DNA from: Chiloscyllium plagiosum
Taxonomy: Eukaryota
NCBI RefSeq assembly: GCF_004010195.1
Contig: NC_057754.1
Span: 10,982,911-11,046,910 of the forward strand
Length of the DNA stretch: 64,000 nucleotides
Direction: 5' to 3'
The notes below the pieces were generated by a model. It had not been told where the DNA came from and did not search any database. It was given only the letters and a program-made list of their open reading frames with translations. How positions within the stretch are numbered: position 1 is the stretch's first letter; each line of letters starts with the position of its first letter. Below, piece by piece: positions 62,417 through 64,000 of the stretch. The position numbers and the translations under genes were made by a program.

Positions 62417-62431
62417 GAGAGTCTCCAGAGG
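62417..62431 (-). promoter_or_regulatory. Conserved promoter motif CCTCTGGAGACTCTC, paralog B
   Basis: Lies 85 bp upstream of the ATG, preceded by GCAAATTAATCC and followed by AATATAT. Confidence 0.7.
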
Positions 62432-63099
62432 ATGGATTAATTTGCAATATCTACCTCAGTTCCAAGTGAGTGAACAAACAGATTAGCTTATTTCCCGTTA
62501 AAACTTTGACAGAGCAATTGTATTTATAGAAGAACAGATGTTTGCAGATTCTGTGTTTGTCCCCATGCCAGCAACCATATTTTACATTGACGTCACTGGA
62601 ATCGTTGATGGGAGATTCTGGCTTGAAATCTCACCTCAGACTTCAACCTGACTCTTCTTTCTCTGCCACCTTCGCCAATTTTTTTTTGTTTGAAGTTGTC
62701 AGATAACTTTATGTATTGTTTTCATTACCCAATGATTTCACGTTCAATGGCCTCATGTTACCTATGTCGTAAATGGTTTCAGTCTGAAATATTTGAAACC
62801 ACAATTAGTCAAATTGGAGGGAAAATTAGGTGCAGAACATCCATTACATGGAAATAGTGGGTCGCGTTTACAGTGCATAATTTGTTCTGCTCAGCTAAAA
62901 ATGCTGGAGTAACCTCAAATTTTCATGTCTAGATTCTGAGTTTTTATTTCAAAGTAGCCATTGACAAATATCCTGATGTAACAAAACAAAGAGATTACCT
63001 AGTGAAGTAACAGCGGACACATGGTTTCGATTATTAGCATTAAGACCACTGCCATCAATGATATTGTTATTGCAATGTGGAAAGGCAAATGTCCCTACT

Positions 63100-63720
63100 G
63101 AGACTGAGCCATGCATAAAGACTGGTAGGTGTAGAGAATGCCTAATGTCGAAAGCAATTGAGACTCTACTCAAGGAAAAGAAGGAGGCATATATCAGATG
63201 TAGACAGCTGGGATGGAGTGAATACCAAGAAAGGTATTAAGAGCAGCAGGAATATTCTGAAGAAGGAAATCAAAACAGTAAAAAAGGGCATAAAATAGTT
63301 TTGGCAATTGGAGTAATGAAGAATCCAAAGAGATTAAATAATTAATGATCATTGTGGCCGTCTATGAGTGGAATCACAGGAGATGAGTGAGACACTAAAC
63401 TAATATTTTGCGTCAGTATTTACTGTACACAGGCACACGGAAGCTAAGGATCTTGGGAAATAAATAGTAATGCCTTGAAAATAAGTACTCTTACAGAGAA
63501 GAGGTGTCAGAAGTCTTAAAGTGGAAAAATGGAGATAAATCCCTAAGACCTGATCAGGTGTTTCTCGGAACTTCGTGAGAAACTGGAAAAGGTTTTTGGG
63601 CGCCTTGCTGAGACATTTGTATCATTCACAATCATGGTTGAAGTGCCGGAAGACCAGAGACTATCTGATGTGGTGCCATTATTTAAGAGGTCTGTACAGA
63701 AATGCCAAGAAACTATAGAT
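63100..63720 (+). mobile_element. Decayed CR1 ORF2 fragment
   Basis: EVPEDQRLSDVVPLFK and KEKKEAYIRCRQLG. Confidence 0.65.
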
Positions 63721-64000
63721 GGGGGAGCTTTCCCCCCCACAGATACTGCCAAACCGGCAGAGCTTTTCCAGCAGTTTCTGCTTTGGTATCTGACACACAA
63801 CATCTGCAATTCTGTTGGTTTTTATTTAGTTGTCCTGAGTACTGCTTTTTGGATTGGAGGACTGTTAGAACAGAACAATATAAGAGCAGAAGAAATACGA
63901 ACAGGAGTAGGCCATTTGACCCCACAAGCCTCCTTCACCATTCAATAAGATCATGAATGGTCTTTCTGTGGACGCAGTTCCACTTACTCGCCCACTCACC

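Overview
Repeat-dense vertebrate genomic DNA, very likely from a shark or other elasmobranch (HE1-type V-SINEs, DeuSINE-like elements, shark-type CR1 LINEs), with one assembly gap at 15135-15927. The only intact host genes form a cluster of two-exon, GPR139-like class A GPCR paralogs. Two are complete 323-aa genes: + strand 27758-27827/28226-29127 and - strand 62332-62263/59809-58908. A third is represented by its first coding exon (- strand 1411-1342); its main exon lies outside the window. All three share a 70-nt first exon, a phase-1 intron after G-A-P, and a conserved 15-bp promoter motif, CCTCWGGAGACTCTC, 75-85 bp upstream of the ATG. Two or three heavily decayed sequences look like further relics of this family. 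Together this suggests a lineage-expanded receptor array, possibly chemosensory (inference). The rest is mobile DNA: decayed Gmr1-type Gypsy LTR elements (integrase upstream of RT), CR1, L2-like and Rex1/Babar LINEs, SINEs, and many Penelope-like fragments carrying minimal hammerhead ribozyme motifs, several with intact catalytic cores. All alignments and repeat boundaries were read by eye, and repeat boundaries are approximate.
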